From the NCBI RefSeq assembly GCF_006345805.1, contig NC_043007.1:22072001-22136000 (forward strand): DNA of 64,000 nt, in the 5' to 3' direction. The position numbers and the translations under genes were made by a program. The notes under the pieces are model-generated. The model saw nothing but the letters and a program-made list of their open reading frames with translations. It was not told the origin of the DNA and made no database searches. Origin of the DNA: Octopus sinensis (taxonomy: Eukaryota). Below are positions 26,301 to 37,685 of the stretch, piece by piece; position 1 is the stretch's first letter, and every line of letters starts with the position of its first letter.

Positions 26301-29300
26301 GGGTTAAAGGGTGTGTAGTTAAATTTAGAGAAAGAAAGAAAAAACTTACATTTTCTGATCGAGTCTTCAAATCCAACAATATCATATACCATGTGTGGTA
26401 GGTCATCTGACAATGATTGCCAGTAACTCTGAAAATACAATTCCAAAGGAATTATTTTAAAATTAGTTAGAATTTGTTCAAAATTCTAATCCATTTTACG
26501 TTAGTATTAAACATTAACAAGATGTTATTGTATTCGTGTATATTATGAACTTTTTCCAGAATTTTTTTTAACCCAATTTTTTTAGTGCATGAGAACTAAA
26601 TGATAACTGTTTCCCCCACCCTAAGAGTGCAGCCATATTCCAAATGTGGCCTGAAGTAAGTTATATCTTTGTTGAAGCTTATTTATTTATCATAACATTA
26701 CATCTTTTCTATGACGGTGGTGACATGGCACACACTTGATAAATTAGTTTTAGACTGAAGGCTACAAGAAACTACCCACAACTCATCTAATGGACCTTGG
26801 TCAGGGTTTGAAATTTGCCCCATGCACTAACACACACATACATTTCGTTTTTGGATTTGGTTTGCAAGATTCTTTACAATTTGCTCGACTAATGGCAGTG
26901 CTCGAGCATGGCCACAGTCAAATGACTGAAACAAGTAAAAAAGTAAGAGTATAAACACTTAAGTTACCCAAAAAGTCTTAAACTGGCACTTCTCCAAAAG
27001 ATCAGCTAAAAAGAACACTTTTTGTACTTCTTCAGAACTTAGCTAAAATTCAAGTCAAGGAAATAATCATTAATAAAACACGACTTGTAAAAACAAAATT
27101 CCTTCTTTTTTTTATTTTTATAATAAACCAATTATGTTTTAAATTTTCAAACTGTGGCTTTGAACATGATAGATAATTTATTGTATTTTATGGCATAGCA
27201 CTCCATTGGTTATGACGACAAGGGTTCCAGTCGATCTGATCAATTTGTTCCTTCTCAAGCCATGCCTGGCTCATAAGAGCTGGTCTCCTGGTTTCCTTGG
27301 CGTATAGGTTCCCCACCTGGACGGGACGCCGGTCCGTCACAGGTGAGCTGCAAGATGCAGGAGGAAAGAGTGAGAGAAAGTTGTGGCGAAAGAGTCAGCA
27401 GAAGTTCGCCATTACCTTCTGCCGGAGCTATGTGGAGCTTAGGTGTTTCGCTCATAAACACACACATCACCCGGTCTGAGATTCGAACCCGCGATCCCTT
27501 GACCGCGAGTCCGCTGCTCTAACCACTAGGCCATGTGCCTCCACCTCTGATCAATGGAACAGCCTGCTTGTGAAATTAACATGCAAGTGGCTGAGTATTC
27601 CACAGATGTGCATACCCTTAATGTAGTTCTCAGGGAGATTCAGCATGACACAGAACGTGACAAGGCTGGCCCCTTTGAATTACAAGTACAACTCATTTTT
27701 GCCAGCTGAGTAAACTGGAGACAACATGAAATGAAGTGTCTTGCTCAAGAACACAACACACTGCCAGGAATTGAACTCACAAACCTTACGATTGACAGCT
27801 GATTACTCCTAACTACTAAACCAAGCACCTGCATGTGCTTTTTATGGCATAACAGATTCATATTAGATGCAGCCCAATTTCAGCAGTACATCATCATCAT
27901 CGTTTAACATCTGTTTTCCATGAGTTGGACGGTTTGACGAACCAGATGGCTACACCAGACTCCAATCTGATCTGGCAATGTTTCTACAACTGCATGCCCT
28001 TCCTAACGCCAACCACTCGAAGAGCGTAGTGGGCGCTCTTTATGTGCCACCGGCACAGATTCAAGAGAAAATGATTTTAGCACATCAAAGCTTATGGGGA
28101 AACTAAACTTTGCATATGGGCCCAGGGTGATATTTTGCTATGTTTTTGAAAAGAAAAACTGCATCGTGTATCACATCTAACACAGTACTAATTATTCTTC
28201 TATGCACCTTTTTCAATCCTAGCCAGGCTTATGGGCCCAGTTTCCTGGTTTCTGTGTTCTCCCCAGCTGGACAGGACGCCAGTCCATCGCAGCATTACTC
28301 AAGAAACAGGAAAAAAGAGTGAGAGAAAGTTGGGGGCGAAAGAGTACAGCAGGGGTCACCACCACCCCCTGCTGGAGCCTCGTGGAGCTTTTAGGTGTTT
28401 TCACTCAATAAACACACACAACGCCCGGTCTGGGAATCAAAACTGCGATCTTCTGACCACGAGTCTGCCGCCCTAACCACTGGGCCACTGCACCTCCACA
28501 CAGTACTAACTAGTAAAACATAATCAGTCTCAATGAATGGTATTGTGGAGGTGCATGGCCTAGTGGTTAGTGTGTTGTATTTTGACCATGACATTGTGGG
28601 TTCAATTCCTATATGCATTATGCTCTTAACCAAAACACTTTTTTCACATTGCTCCCGTCCACCCAGCTCGCAAAAGTGAGTAATCCTGCAATGGACTGAC
28701 TGTGGTGATCTCGGCCACTTATATGCCATAGAAACTGGATAACTGACCCTATGAGCCTATGACTCAAGAAGGATCTTTATTCTTTGTAGCTGCAGACGTG
28801 GCTGTGTGGTAGGAAGCTTGCTTCCCAACCACAACCAGTGCTTTCTCTTTGGCAAATAATTATATATTGAAGCAATAAAATGATGCAAGTGTATATCTGA
28901 AAAGAAGACCACTATTACCTGTTTCAACAGAAAAAATGAATAATAATAAAAACAAAGAACAGAAAAACTGTACAGCAGTTTGTGTTAAGGATACATTTTT
29001 TGCACTAAGGAAGCAATGGCATAGGTTGAAATCAGTATGGGGTAAGTTAGTCAATCCCTTCAACAAAATATATATTGCCACTGACTCGTTATAATTTCCT
29101 GGATTAAACTGGTACCTGAAAATTAGAAATAATAATAGATTATATTAATAACGACAATGTGCTAATGACTCTACTAGCTTTCCATCTTAATATATTTCTT
29201 CACTACCCACAAGGGGCTAAACACAGAGGGGACAAACAAGGACAGACAAAGGGATTAAGTCGATTGCATCAACCCCAGTGCGTAACTGGTACTTAATTTA

Positions 29301-32300
29301 TCGACCCCGAAAGGATGAAAGGCAAAGTCGACCTCGGCGGAATTTGAACTCATAACGTAACAGCAGACAAAATACCGCTAAGCATTTTGTCCGGCGTGCT
29401 AACGTTTCTGCCAGCTCGCCACCTTAATAATAATAATCCTTTCTACTATAGGCACATGATCTGAAATTTGTGGGGAGTGGGTAAGTCAATTACATGGACC
29501 CCAGTGCTTGACTGGTACTCTTTTCATTGATCCTGAAAGGCGAAGTTGACCTCAGCAGAATTTGAACCCAAAACATAAAAGCAGACAAAATACCATTAAG
29601 CAATTTCCCCAGCATGCTATCAAGTCTGCCAGCTCATAATAATAATAACAATAATCTTTTCTGCTATAGGCACAAGGCGTGATATTTGGCAAGAAGAAAG
29701 GAGCCAGTCAATTAGATCGACCCCAGTACTCAACTGTTACTTAAATTATTCACCTCAAAAGGATGAAAGGCAAAGTCAACCTCAAAGAATGAAGTGGCAG
29801 ACAAAATACTAAGCATTAACCCGGTCTGCTAACGATTCGGCTAGCTTGCCGCCTTGATAATAATAATAATCTTTTCTACTATAGGTACAAGGCATGAAAA
29901 CAATAACTATGAACTTTTCAAAGTTCTTTTTAACCCTTTTGATACCAATGAGCCTGAAACTGCATCAGGCTGTCATGCAAATATCTTGCTTTCAAAAGTT
30001 CTGAATTAAAATCTTCAACCAAACCTTAGTCACAATTTATGTTCCTAACACTAGCTTAATGATAACTAAGTTATTCTACTAAATTCTTTGTTATATTTAA
30101 AGTAATTGAAAGAAACACAGAGCATCTCAAATGGCTGAAACCGGCTCTGCCTCTGCAGTACAAATGTCTTGTTTTCATAAGTTCTGAATTAAAATCTTCA
30201 ACCAAACCTTAGTCACAATTTATGTTCCTAACACTAGCTTAATGATAACTAAGTTATTCTACTAAATTCTTTGTTATATTTAAAGTAATTGAAAGAAACA
30301 CAGAGCATCTCAAATGGCTGAAACCGGCTCTGCCTCTGCAGTACAAATGTCTTGTTTTCATAAGTTCTGAATTAAAATCTTCAACCAAACCTTTAGTCAC
30401 AATTTATGTTCCTAACACTAGCTTAATGATAACTAAGTTATTTTACTAAATTCTTTGTTATATTTAACCCTTTTGTTACTGTATTTCTGTTGAGATGCTC
30501 TGTGTTTCTTTCAATTACTTTAACTAAAATAACTAAAGTTATCATTAAGCTAGTGTTAGGAACATAAATTGTGACTAAGGTTTGGTGGAAGATTTTAATT
30601 CAAAACTTATGGAAACAAGACATTTGAACTACAGAGCCAGAGGAAAATGAAGATTATCAAATGCATGTACAATACCAAAATCTTTACAAGACAAAATTGT
30701 GAGATGTTTAACCCTTTCATTACCGTATTTCTGTTCAGAAGCTCTGTGTTTCTTAAAATTAATTTTAAACATAACATAAAGAGTTTAGTAAAATAACTTG
30801 GTTATCATTAAGCTAGTGTTAGGAACATAAATTGTGACTAAGGTTTGGTGGAAGATTTTAATTCAAAACTTATGAAAACAAGACATTAGTACTATAGAGC
30901 CAGAGGCGGTTTCAGCCGGGTTGGTAACTAAAGAGGTTAAAATTAATTGTAAGAATCACAGAGCATTTCAACAGAAATATGGTAACAAAAGGGTTAAAAT
31001 ATACTTTATACTGTTGAGAAAAGAAACTTGCAGACTTACAATTTTAAGACAGCTAAATTTGCTTCCAAATCGTATGTGTTTTCATCAACCTGCATTTTAA
31101 CATATTGTTCCAATGTTGTTAAATTGTCAGGGTTATATCTGCAAAGAAAAATATTTTTTAAAACGTTAACAAATAACATGACTTTCTGGGGGATTGTAAC
31201 TAAATGAAAACCCTTTGAATTTAAAAAGATCTACTGAGCGTTATCGTTGCCAGAGCAGCTAACTGGCTTCCGTGCCGGTGGCATGTAGGAGGCACCATAT
31301 GAGCAGGATCGTTACCAGCATTGCCTTACTGGCACCTGTGCCGTTGACATGTGTAAGAAAAAAAAAAAAAATTGAGTGAGGTCGTTGCCAGTACCGCCTG
31401 ACTGACCCCCGCACTGGTGGCACTTAAAAGCACCCACTACAGTCTCGGAGTGGTTGGCGTTAGGAAGGGCATCCAGCAGTAGAAACTCTGCAAGATCAAG
31501 ACTGGAGCCTGGTGCAGCCATCTGGTTCGCCAGCCCACAGTCAAAACGTCCAACCCATGCTGGCATGGAAAGTGGACGTTAAACGATGATGATGTACTAT
31601 TTTGGGGTAACTTGTTCCAAAGCATAAAAACTGAAATGGATGGATTAAGGCTAATAATCCTTTCTATTAAAGGCACAAGGCCTGAAAATTTGGGGGAGGG
31701 CGCTAGTTGATTAGATCAATCCCAGTGTTTCACTGGTACTTTATTTATCAACCCCGAAAGGATGAAAGGCAAAGTCAACCCCAGTGGAATTTGAGCTCAG
31801 AATGTAAGGACGGACAAAACGTTACTAAGCATTTTGCCCAGCATGCTAATGACTCTGCCAGCTCACCACCGTAACACTAATAATGCAATTTAGGTTCATT
31901 GCATGGTGTTGGCACTTCACTGGACTAGTTGGCATTCTGATCTTTCAGACTGGAGGTGTGGAGGTGGTTTGAAGCTTGCTTCCCCATAATGTGGTCTTGG
32001 GTTCAGTCCCACTACACAGCACCTTGATTGAGTGTCTTCCACTATATCTCTGGGCCAACCAAAGCCTGGTGAGTGAATATCTTAGATGGAAACTGAAAGA
32101 AGTCTGTTATAAAAAAATAATAATAATAAAACATTGTGTACAGTGCTCAGGTGCACTACAACTCATCTAAAGTGTATGTATAGTACATAGGGTAATGTAC
32201 AAGCGTCAGGAAAAGAACAGTGCATGAGTCATGACATACACATATGTGTATGAGTATGGCAGGGGGACAATCAGGTGTAGTTTCGGCGGATTTCGGAAAG

Positions 32301-34010
32301 CATGAGGGCCTTAAAGGATGCAGTGTCATGGCAGTCAACAACTGACGCAGGCAGTTTGTTCCATGCTTCAGCAACTCTGAGCGTGAAAAAATGTTTCCGA
32401 AAGTCATGGGAGCTGTGCTGTTTTCTGACTTTGTAGGCATATACATATATATGTATATACATGTGTGTACTTGCATGTAACCTAGTCTAGACATCCTGCG
32501 ATCATTGTGAATGAGCATCATCATCATCGTACAATGCTGTTCGTTTCCAGTGTTCCATGAAAAGAGATGTCTGGCCATAGGGAAATTTAACCTTGCGACA
32601 GGGAAAGCATCAAACCACGGAAAATCTGCCTCAACAAATTCTATCAGACCAGGAGAAGTGGATGGTAAATGATGTTGATGGTGAGCAGTTTTAATGGTAA
32701 CAACATTAGTGACTTAAATCCAACGCCTTAACCACTTGGCCATCGTGCACACGTGGCCTATGCCAGCGCGGCCCTGACTGGCTTCTGTGCCGGTGGCACG
32801 TAAAAAGCACCATCCAAACGTGGCCGATGTCTGCGCCGCCTCGACTAGCTTCTGTGCCGGTGGCACGTAAAAAGCACCATCCAAATGTGGCCGATGCCAG
32901 CGCCGCCTCGACTGGCTTCTGTGCCGGTGGCACATAAAAAGCACCATCCGAACGTGGCCGATGCCAGCACCGCCTCGACTGGCTTCTGTGACGGTGGCAC
33001 ATAAAAAGCACTATCCGAACGTGGCCAATGCCAGCGCCGCCTCAACTGGCTTCTGTGCCGGTGGCACATAAAAAGCACCCACTACACTCATGGAGTGGTT
33101 GGCGTTAGGAAGGGCATCTAGCTGTAGAAACATTGCCAGATCAGACTGGAGCCTGGTGCAGCCTCCTGGCTTCCCAGACCCTGGTCGAACTGTCCAACCC
33201 GTGCTAGCGCGGAAAACGGATGTTAAACAATGATGATGATTAGTATAAACTCTATATGAAGGACTGAGTAAGTGGGATTGAGCAATATCATGCCATTAAA
33301 TATCGTTGAAAACTCTTTGATTATCACTACCTTTACACAGCAAATAAAGACATTCTCTTGGATCCTTACCCTTGACCCAACATAATATCCAGCACTTCAA
33401 AATGAAACAAAATCAATGTAAAATTCCTAAAAGGATTTATATACATATAGCAAAAATACATAAATATATATATATTTCAGATATGTTCCACTCAACCCCA
33501 AGCCACTTTTTTCATTGAAATGTAAGGTAATAGCAAAAAACCCCAAAAAGTGCTGGAAATAGAAACCAATATTACAAACTGATGTTTTACTTAATGACAT
33601 GTACGTAATTCAATACATATAGTATTAAGGGGAAAAAATTATAATTTAAGTATATCTGATGAAATGTGACATATGGCACAATAATATCTAAAGTTATTAT
33701 ATGATTTCATTTTCCGACTATCCTAGAGTTTGTCTCATCAACACCTGCTTTCATGTTTGGCATCATATATGTGTGTGTGTTATTAGTAAAGGAAAGCAGT
33801 ATTAGTTCATAATAGCATTCTGTATATCTAACTTAACGTGGATACATTGTAGAAAGCTGCAACACTATAGTAAACGTCTTGAGAAAACATCTCGTATAGA
33901 CGGGGGTGTGATACACACACATACATGTATGTGCGTGTGTACACCAGTATTGGCTTTGTTTACATTTCCGAAGATACCAGAAACCCTTTTCTTCCACCCC
34001 TAAACCCCCC

Positions 34011-34064
<54 letters not shown>

Positions 34065-34828
34065 ATAATATATATATATATACATAAACGCTTTCTTGAA
34101 ATGTATCCTGTACTTCCGGTACCAATACCGAAGTTACGCAGGTCCTTTTCCTGATGTTGTTTTGCAAGCCAAATTATCAAAAAACAAACAAACAAACAAA
34201 ATTCTAAAAAGTAAATTATTTATTCAAAGACGGACACTAACAAAACTATTTGGCGTAACTTCGGTATAGGTACCGGAAATACTTCAAGAAAGTGGGGTTT
34301 TTATATATATATGGAGGGTTAGGGGTTGGAAAAAAGGGTTTCTGTTATCTTCAGAAATGTAAAGAAAGCCACTTACGGTACCTATACCGAAGGATCGTAA
34401 ATTATTTACTCAAAGACGGACACTAACAAACTATTTGGCGTAACTTCGGTATAGGTATCGGAAGTACCGGATACACTTCAAGAAAGTGGTTTTTTATATA
34501 TATATATGGAGGGTTAGGGGTTGGAAAAAAGGGTTTCTGTTATCTTCAGAAATGTAAAGAAAGCCACTTACGGTACCTATACCGTAGGATCGCCAACTAT
34601 TTTAATAAAAATCCAAAATACTGCCACTACATTCTCCTGTCTACGTCGGCCACCAAATGAGATCATACTGGCAGCTGATAGACGAAAGTGAAGCCAGAGG
34701 AATAAACTCAATTATCGCCTAACTTCTTTCCCCTCTGTTATTTCAACAGCAAAGCAATAACGAAGGTATATTTACCTGTCAATTCCTTTTAAAAGTGAAG
34801 CCACGGTCGCTCGCATAGCCTCCGCCAT
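20307..34828 (-). CDS. EIF3K: Eukaryotic translation initiation factor 3 subunit K; 8 coding exons: join(34828-34776, 31138-31040, 29115-28995, 27042-26968, 26428-26350, 24383-24306, 22793-22668, 20371-20307)
   Basis: Manual splice assembly gives 696 nt, open to TGA: [231 protein letters not shown]. It carries recognisable eIF3k motifs ([48 protein letters not shown]). All introns are GT-AG with matching phases. Confidence 0.97.
20517..20556 (+). ncRNA. Minimal type I hammerhead ribozyme motif
   Basis: CCAGA-CTGATGA-TGAG(CAAGC)CTCA-GAAA-CAT-GTC^TCTGG: 5-bp stem I, intact catalytic core, 4-bp stem II, palindromic ACATGT stem III, GUC cleavage triplet. Confidence 0.75.
22668..22793 (-). CDS. 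EIF3K: eIF3k exon 7 (126 nt)
   Basis: Acceptor ctcctttcag, donor gtaagt; encodes (E)[41 protein letters not shown]. Confidence 0.96.
22955..23518 (+). pseudogene. Tc1/mariner (maT/DD37D-like) transposase relic, 5' half, in eIF3k intron 6
   Basis: TA|CAGGGTG terminus. Frameshifted HTH region ...[47 protein letters not shown]..., ending at WFFS just before the first catalytic D. Confidence 0.8.
24306..24383 (-). CDS. EIF3K: eIF3k exon 6 (78 nt)
   Basis: Acceptor (t)n-acag, donor gtattt; encodes (Y)[25 protein letters not shown]. Confidence 0.95.
25497..25732 (-). mobile_element. Non-autonomous Helitron (related 5' end and 3' hairpin)
   Basis: Minus strand starts near a|tc...tataaagctgaa and ends cccgagcaaagcatggg...CTAG|T. 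Confidence 0.6.
25811..26303. mobile_element. Family B composite: monomer, 48-bp spacer, monomer
   Basis: Units 25811-26031 and 26088-26303, each TTAA-flanked; spacer 26036-26083. Confidence 0.85.
26350..26428 (-). CDS. EIF3K: eIF3k exon 5 (79 nt)
   Basis: Acceptor tattttcag, donor gtaagt; encodes [26 protein letters not shown]. Confidence 0.92.
26968..27042 (-). CDS. EIF3K: eIF3k exon 4 (75 nt)
   Basis: Acceptor aattttag, donor gtaact; encodes [25 protein letters not shown]. Confidence 0.93.
28548..28760 (+). mobile_element. CORE-like SINE family D (fragments also near 14815-14920, 25370-25470, 27700-27830, 56280-56450)
   Basis: tRNA-like head ggaggtgcatggcctagtggttag; core gagcaagacacttcatttcac...ccagtccactcagctgg seen in the relatives. 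Confidence 0.6.
28995..29115 (-). CDS. EIF3K: eIF3k exon 3 (121 nt)
   Basis: Acceptor aattttcag, donor gtatcc; encodes [40 protein letters not shown]. Confidence 0.96.
29934..30993. mobile_element. Family B trimer with self-nested reverse insertion (30468-30936)
   Basis: The forward unit is split at an internal TTAA (30464-30467 and 30937-30940) and resumes to the right TIR at 30993. Confidence 0.8.
31040..31138 (-). CDS. EIF3K: eIF3k exon 2 (99 nt)
   Basis: Acceptor ttttctttgcag, donor gtaagt; encodes [32 protein letters not shown]. Confidence 0.97.
32117..32450 (-). mobile_element. CR1-clade LINE 3' end
   Basis: Minus frame [32 protein letters not shown], a typical CR1 ORF2 C-terminus, followed by a 3'UTR and (TTA)n tail. 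Confidence 0.8.
32776..33075 (+). repeat. 67-bp minisatellite, about 5 units, inside a V-like SINE
   Basis: Unit starts at 32776, 32843, 32910, 32977 and 33044. Confidence 0.9.
33943..34592. repeat. Unclassified ~190-bp element: one inverted copy plus two tandem copies, each with 17-bp sub-terminal inverted repeats
   Basis: Units 34211-34396 and 34397-34592; 33943-34139 is their reverse complement; cttcggtataggtaccg (34259-34275) and cggtacctataccgaag (34376-34392). Confidence 0.8.
34776..34828 (-). CDS. EIF3K: eIF3k exon 1 ([17 protein letters not shown] + AG)
   Basis: ATG in gaaaATGGCG context; donor AG|gtaaat; phase 2. Confidence 0.96.
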
Positions 34829-35240
34829 TTTCACCGACAGAGAGGAAAAGGTGGATAACAGATTCTCAGCCGTATAATAGTATCAGTATTGATGGCAAAT
34901 ATTCGATAATACGTTGAAGCCGACATGTTTATTAAATAGCCAACAATATAAAAAATTATGAGGTTTATATATCGTTCGAATGTATTCAATATTTGCGGCA
35001 TAATAATCAGAACAAATAGTTAATCCATAGTTTCGGAAATGCTTATTGACTGTCACATGGCCCATATCTAAACGATAATACATTTCTGCTAAAACACGTG
35101 TTTTTTTGCTAAGGCTTTTTTTTTTATATGCTTTGTCTGTCGCACACACGATTGCGAGTTTGGGATCTATTCTATTTGCAGAACCCAAATCTGTTGTCTG
35201 TTACAGAAGAGTTCACCACTTATTACTATGATTTTTATTT
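34820..35240 (-). promoter_or_regulatory. eIF3k 5'UTR/promoter region; YY1-like AAAATGGCGG motif overlapping the start codon (34822-34831)
   Basis: Lies upstream of exon 1 and is visibly richer in CpG than the introns. AAAATGGCGG matches the YY1 consensus commonly found at starts of translation-machinery genes. Confidence 0.55.
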
Positions 35241-35244
35241 ATTA

Positions 35245-35638
35245 CTAGCAGTATCGCCCGGCGTTGCTCGGGTTTGTTTCGACCCTTTAGAATTGGAATT
35301 TTTGAAAAGTAAAAATTTTTGCATTATGTAGCTTGTTATTCTCTTTAAGTGAACATTTTTTCTGGTTGAAATACACCGAAAAATAGCGACACAGCAGTCA
35401 AAAAATCATTAAAAAATAGGGATCTTCTTAGAAAAACTGCACCTTTTTGATGTAAATAATTTTTGGTGTTAACATGGTCCGATTTGAATTTTTTTTCTTC
35501 TACGGAAGGAAGAGCAAGCCTTCTATCATACTCTCAATTTTGGTCAACAAGCGCCGCAGGGTCTCAGAGGAGATAGTGTTAGTTGAAGGCTACCAAACCT
35601 GCCATACACAGACAACTTCAGCTTTATATAGAGAGAGA
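35245..35638 (-). mobile_element. Non-autonomous Helitron
   Basis: Minus strand A|TCtctctctatataaagctg ... cccgagcaacgccggg hairpin ... CTAG|T; canonical termini and A-T target. Confidence 0.75.
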
Positions 35639-36897
35639 TCAAAAATCTTGATATAAAATTAGAATATTTTTTTGGCTCTGAAATGGAAATAAAAATGTTC
35701 AAGTATACTTTCTCTCTCATCTTTATATTGTCTGATGCAGGTAGTTTCAAGTTAATGGACTTCTTAGTTTGCTTAAAATTACATAACTTTCAACACTTGC
35801 AAATTCTTATTGATTTCTTGAAAAATGAATCCATTTTCATCATCAACATAGAAACTACATCAGAAATACATTTTGGGAAAATAATCTGGTGAAGATTTGA
35901 AAAACTTCAAGAGGTCAGAAGAAATTTAATAAGACCCACTAATCCAAGTAATGATAGATTATTTCTCTTGTGATACCCAACTATGGCTCTATGGTTAACA
36001 AGTTCCCATCATAAACACATTCTGGGTTCACTCTCACCAAACTGCACTCTGGGAAAGTTTCTTTTCCTACAAAAAAGAAAAAAAAAGCAAAGAAGCAAAA
36101 TTAATAAACAGAATGCAGTGAACAGCTAATTAATTTCTGAACCAGGATTTGAAACTGAATCCACAGTTTCCTGTGAGTCCTTGGTCTATTGTTCTAGCCT
36201 TTTGTTCCAGGAAATTTATGAGAATGAAATTATCTCAAACACTGGTCAGGGATGATTAGAGAGGAAAAATCCTTTGTTTTGCTTTGACCTTATTTAGTTA
36301 TGAAGAATATAAATATGCAATCAAAAGCCAGCTCTTTCTCTTTGGTCACTCGGTGCCAAGCTGAAGAGCACAGCTTTCTTCCTCACTTCAAGTATGACCT
36401 GTTATGCATGCAACAACACAACTGTTACTCTTTGTATCCACCTAGATTTTTATTACCGTCTTTCTTTAGTACTCACTCTCAGATGAATTTATTATCTACA
36501 GAATAGATTCAAGATTTGCAAACAACTCAAAGCATTTGTATTTTCAATATTAGGATCTTTTCACTTTGACCGGCAGATTTTTAAAATAATTTCTTTGTAA
36601 CTAAACATTTTTAAACTTCGTATACTGGAAAAACCTGTTTATAAAACATCTTTTTCTCTTGGCTTTATTGAGAAAATTTTGTAGTTTGTAAGATATTTGT
36701 TGTTTATTTTCTTGCATTTCGGCAATTTCAACCAATCAATATTGCTGCAGCTTATGTCTGCATATATATCAAGTTAACAAAACCTCTACGAAAGAGGGGC
36801 GAGGGAATTTTCAGGAAGATGAGTCATTATATTTTTCCTGCTGTTATAACAAAGCACATGTAATCAACAACAGCCAGAACTGAATTATCCAAACAAT

Positions 36898-37505
36898 CAT
36901 CATCATTTATTATGTTACACCAGACTATGATGGACTTCACGGTCCATCATAGCATTACAGATGTCCTGTTGCCGGATGCCTGTATCCCTGGAGATTACAT
37001 CAGGGTAGAAGAGTGTGGCACCATCTGGTAACGCGAGCAGATGGCTTCCAGAGGAAAAGAGTAGAAATTACCTCATTTTCAGCTCTACAACAATGTCCAG
37101 CAAACTGGATTCTTCTACCTTTCACAAGAGATGATACAGGTGGTAGTTTCCCATATATTTGTATTTTGGTTGGATGACGCTTCGATGAGAGATTTTGAGC
37201 TCTCATAAGGAAGCAAGTGTAAGTTCCATCCAACCGCCTCTCAAGCTTCTTTGATAGCGTCCAGGTTTCTGAGCCATAGAGTAGAATTGGTTCAACTGTG
37301 GCTTTGAAGATTTCAAGTTTGAAATCTCTACTTAGATTTGATGACCAGATCTTATCATTACAGGCTGACCACCGTTCTCCATCCCAGTCACTGAAAATCC
37401 AACTCATAACTGCCAAGAAAAATCTTAATGATGCTTACTTGAACGCTGAGGTCGACTTTATCAACAGCAAAATTAGCAAACAATCCAAAGAGCACATTAG
37501 TGAAA
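36898..37505 (-). mobile_element. RTE-clade LINE insertion, 5'-truncated with inverted 5' segment; 11-bp TSD
   Basis: Minus 36898-37369 encodes the RT C-terminus (KATVEPILLYGSETWTLSKKLERRLDGTY...FAGHC) with a (TGA)n tail. Plus 37370-37505 encodes LINE-linker-like QLITAKKNLNDAYLNAEVDFIN. atccaaacaat occurs at 36887-36897 and 37506-37516. Confidence 0.85.
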
Positions 37506-37685
37506 ATCCAAACAATGCATGAACTATACAGCCACCAGAATCCGTGATATATCTCTTTGGTCCACTGTATAAAGTCTCCCTGTTATTTCAAGAGTTTGTT
37601 TCTTGCATTGTTTCGACGAATTAACATGCAACACGTAATATAATGGTATGCAAGATTACATAGTAAACCAAGAGAGACATTATAT

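Noticed and set aside
32776-33075. Regular array resembling CRISPR
   Set aside because: Contiguous 67-bp units without unique spacers, inside a eukaryotic SINE; no cas genes.
34255-34275. taacttcggtatag resembles a loxP half-site (taacttcgtatag)
   Set aside because: Has an extra base, lacks the 8-bp-spacer architecture and recurs with natural divergence in a repeat family; not a vector sequence.
34336-34356. Minus-strand CTGAAGA-taaca-GAAAC, hammerhead-like core
   Set aside because: No stem II pairing, no stem I or III, no NUH triplet in position.
35683-36506. Short ORFs (69 aa, 68 aa) upstream of eIF3k as a divergent gene
   Set aside because: No recognisable domain or consistent exon chain.
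36913-36952. tacaccagactatgatg resembles the hammerhead flank at 20513; 11-bp hairpin at 36925-36952
   Set aside because: Lies in the RTE ORF C-terminus (AMMDREV on the minus strand) and lacks CUGANGA/GAAA; treated as coincidence.
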